Made by a program: the position numbers and the translations under genes. The notes under the pieces were generated by a model. The model was not told the origin of the DNA, did not search any database, and saw nothing but the letters and a program-made list of their open reading frames with translations. DNA of 64,000 nt from Octopus sinensis (Eukaryota), in the NCBI RefSeq assembly GCF_006345805.1, contig NC_043022.1:4960001-5024000 (forward strand). The letters are read 5' to 3'. Positions 63,358-64,000 of the stretch are shown here, piece after piece (the stretch's first letter is position 1; every line of letters begins with the position of its first letter).

Positions 63358-64000
63358 GTTAGTTAGTTAGTTAGTTAATTTGGCTCAAAAGCAAATAGCA
63401 AGGCCATGTAGGGGGACATGGAGTTAAGTACAGGGTGGTGCTCATGTAAAGAGTTCAGGCCACTTGAGGTCCAGGGAGGCTTTGAACAAAGCGGTCGTCG
63501 GCATCTTCACCATCTCGTCGGCATCTTCACCATCTCGTCCACGGATCCGCAACCCGGACGGAGAAAGCTCCTCTCCTTCGATTGAGATGAAATCGTCGCA
63601 GGTAGAGCTTTTCGGAATGACCCCGCAGCCGACGCTCTGGAGCAGGAGTGAAGAACAGCTCTTTCGAGAGGTTACACTTTCCGCTTATGATGTTGTGGGC
63701 GAGAATGAGATCACCACGGCGGCGGCGTTTTTCAAGAGAATAAAGGTCGAGCGTCCTCAGCCTTTCTTTGTAGGACAAATTTTTGAGACCATGAACCATG
63801 CGGGTAGCCAGCTTCTGGACTCTTTCGAGATGCTGTATGTCTTTGAGGAGATAAGGAGAAGAGGCTTGAATCCCATACTCCAATATGGGCCTCACCAGCG
63901 TGACATAGAGTGGTAGGAATATGGCTGCTGTGAGCATTCCGAATGACCGTCGAATCAAGAACAGAATTCCGCGTGCTTTGTTGGCAGCATGGACGCACTG
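63358..64000 (-). mobile_element. CR1-clade LINE 3' portion (continues beyond the window)
   Basis: LYVTLVRPILEYG...LERVQKLATRMV.GLKNLSYKERLRTLDLYSLEKRRRRGDLI; (TAAC)n tail at ~63360-63378. Confidence 0.9.

Overview
Repeat-dense eukaryotic DNA, most likely from an octopod cephalopod (inferred from the SINE families and the microsatellite load; not verified). It has one 100-N scaffold gap and no host gene that can be called with confidence. Most ORFs in the supplied track are translations of microsatellites. Recognisable elements: a nearly full-length but frameshifted R4/Dong-type RLE LINE set in (TAA)n (~30.0-34.0 kb); the 5' half of an L1/Tx1-like LINE (gag-knuckle ORF1 plus the start of APE); RTE and CR1 3' fragments; three mariner relics; a piggyBac (PGBD4-like) transposase split by two SINEs; two piggyBac-type MITE copies; two non-autonomous Helitrons; Penelope-like (PLE) GIY-YIG fragments; and dozens of SINEs from about four families. 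The most striking structure is a 3.57-kb palindrome (37185-40752) with a minimal type I hammerhead ribozyme (HHR) motif near each outer end. It sits among several other short (TA)n-embedded or fold-back elements carrying intact-looking or decayed HHR cores, which suggests a family of ribozyme-bearing, PLE-derived fold-back elements. All alignments and folds were done by eye; coordinates of degraded repeats are approximate.
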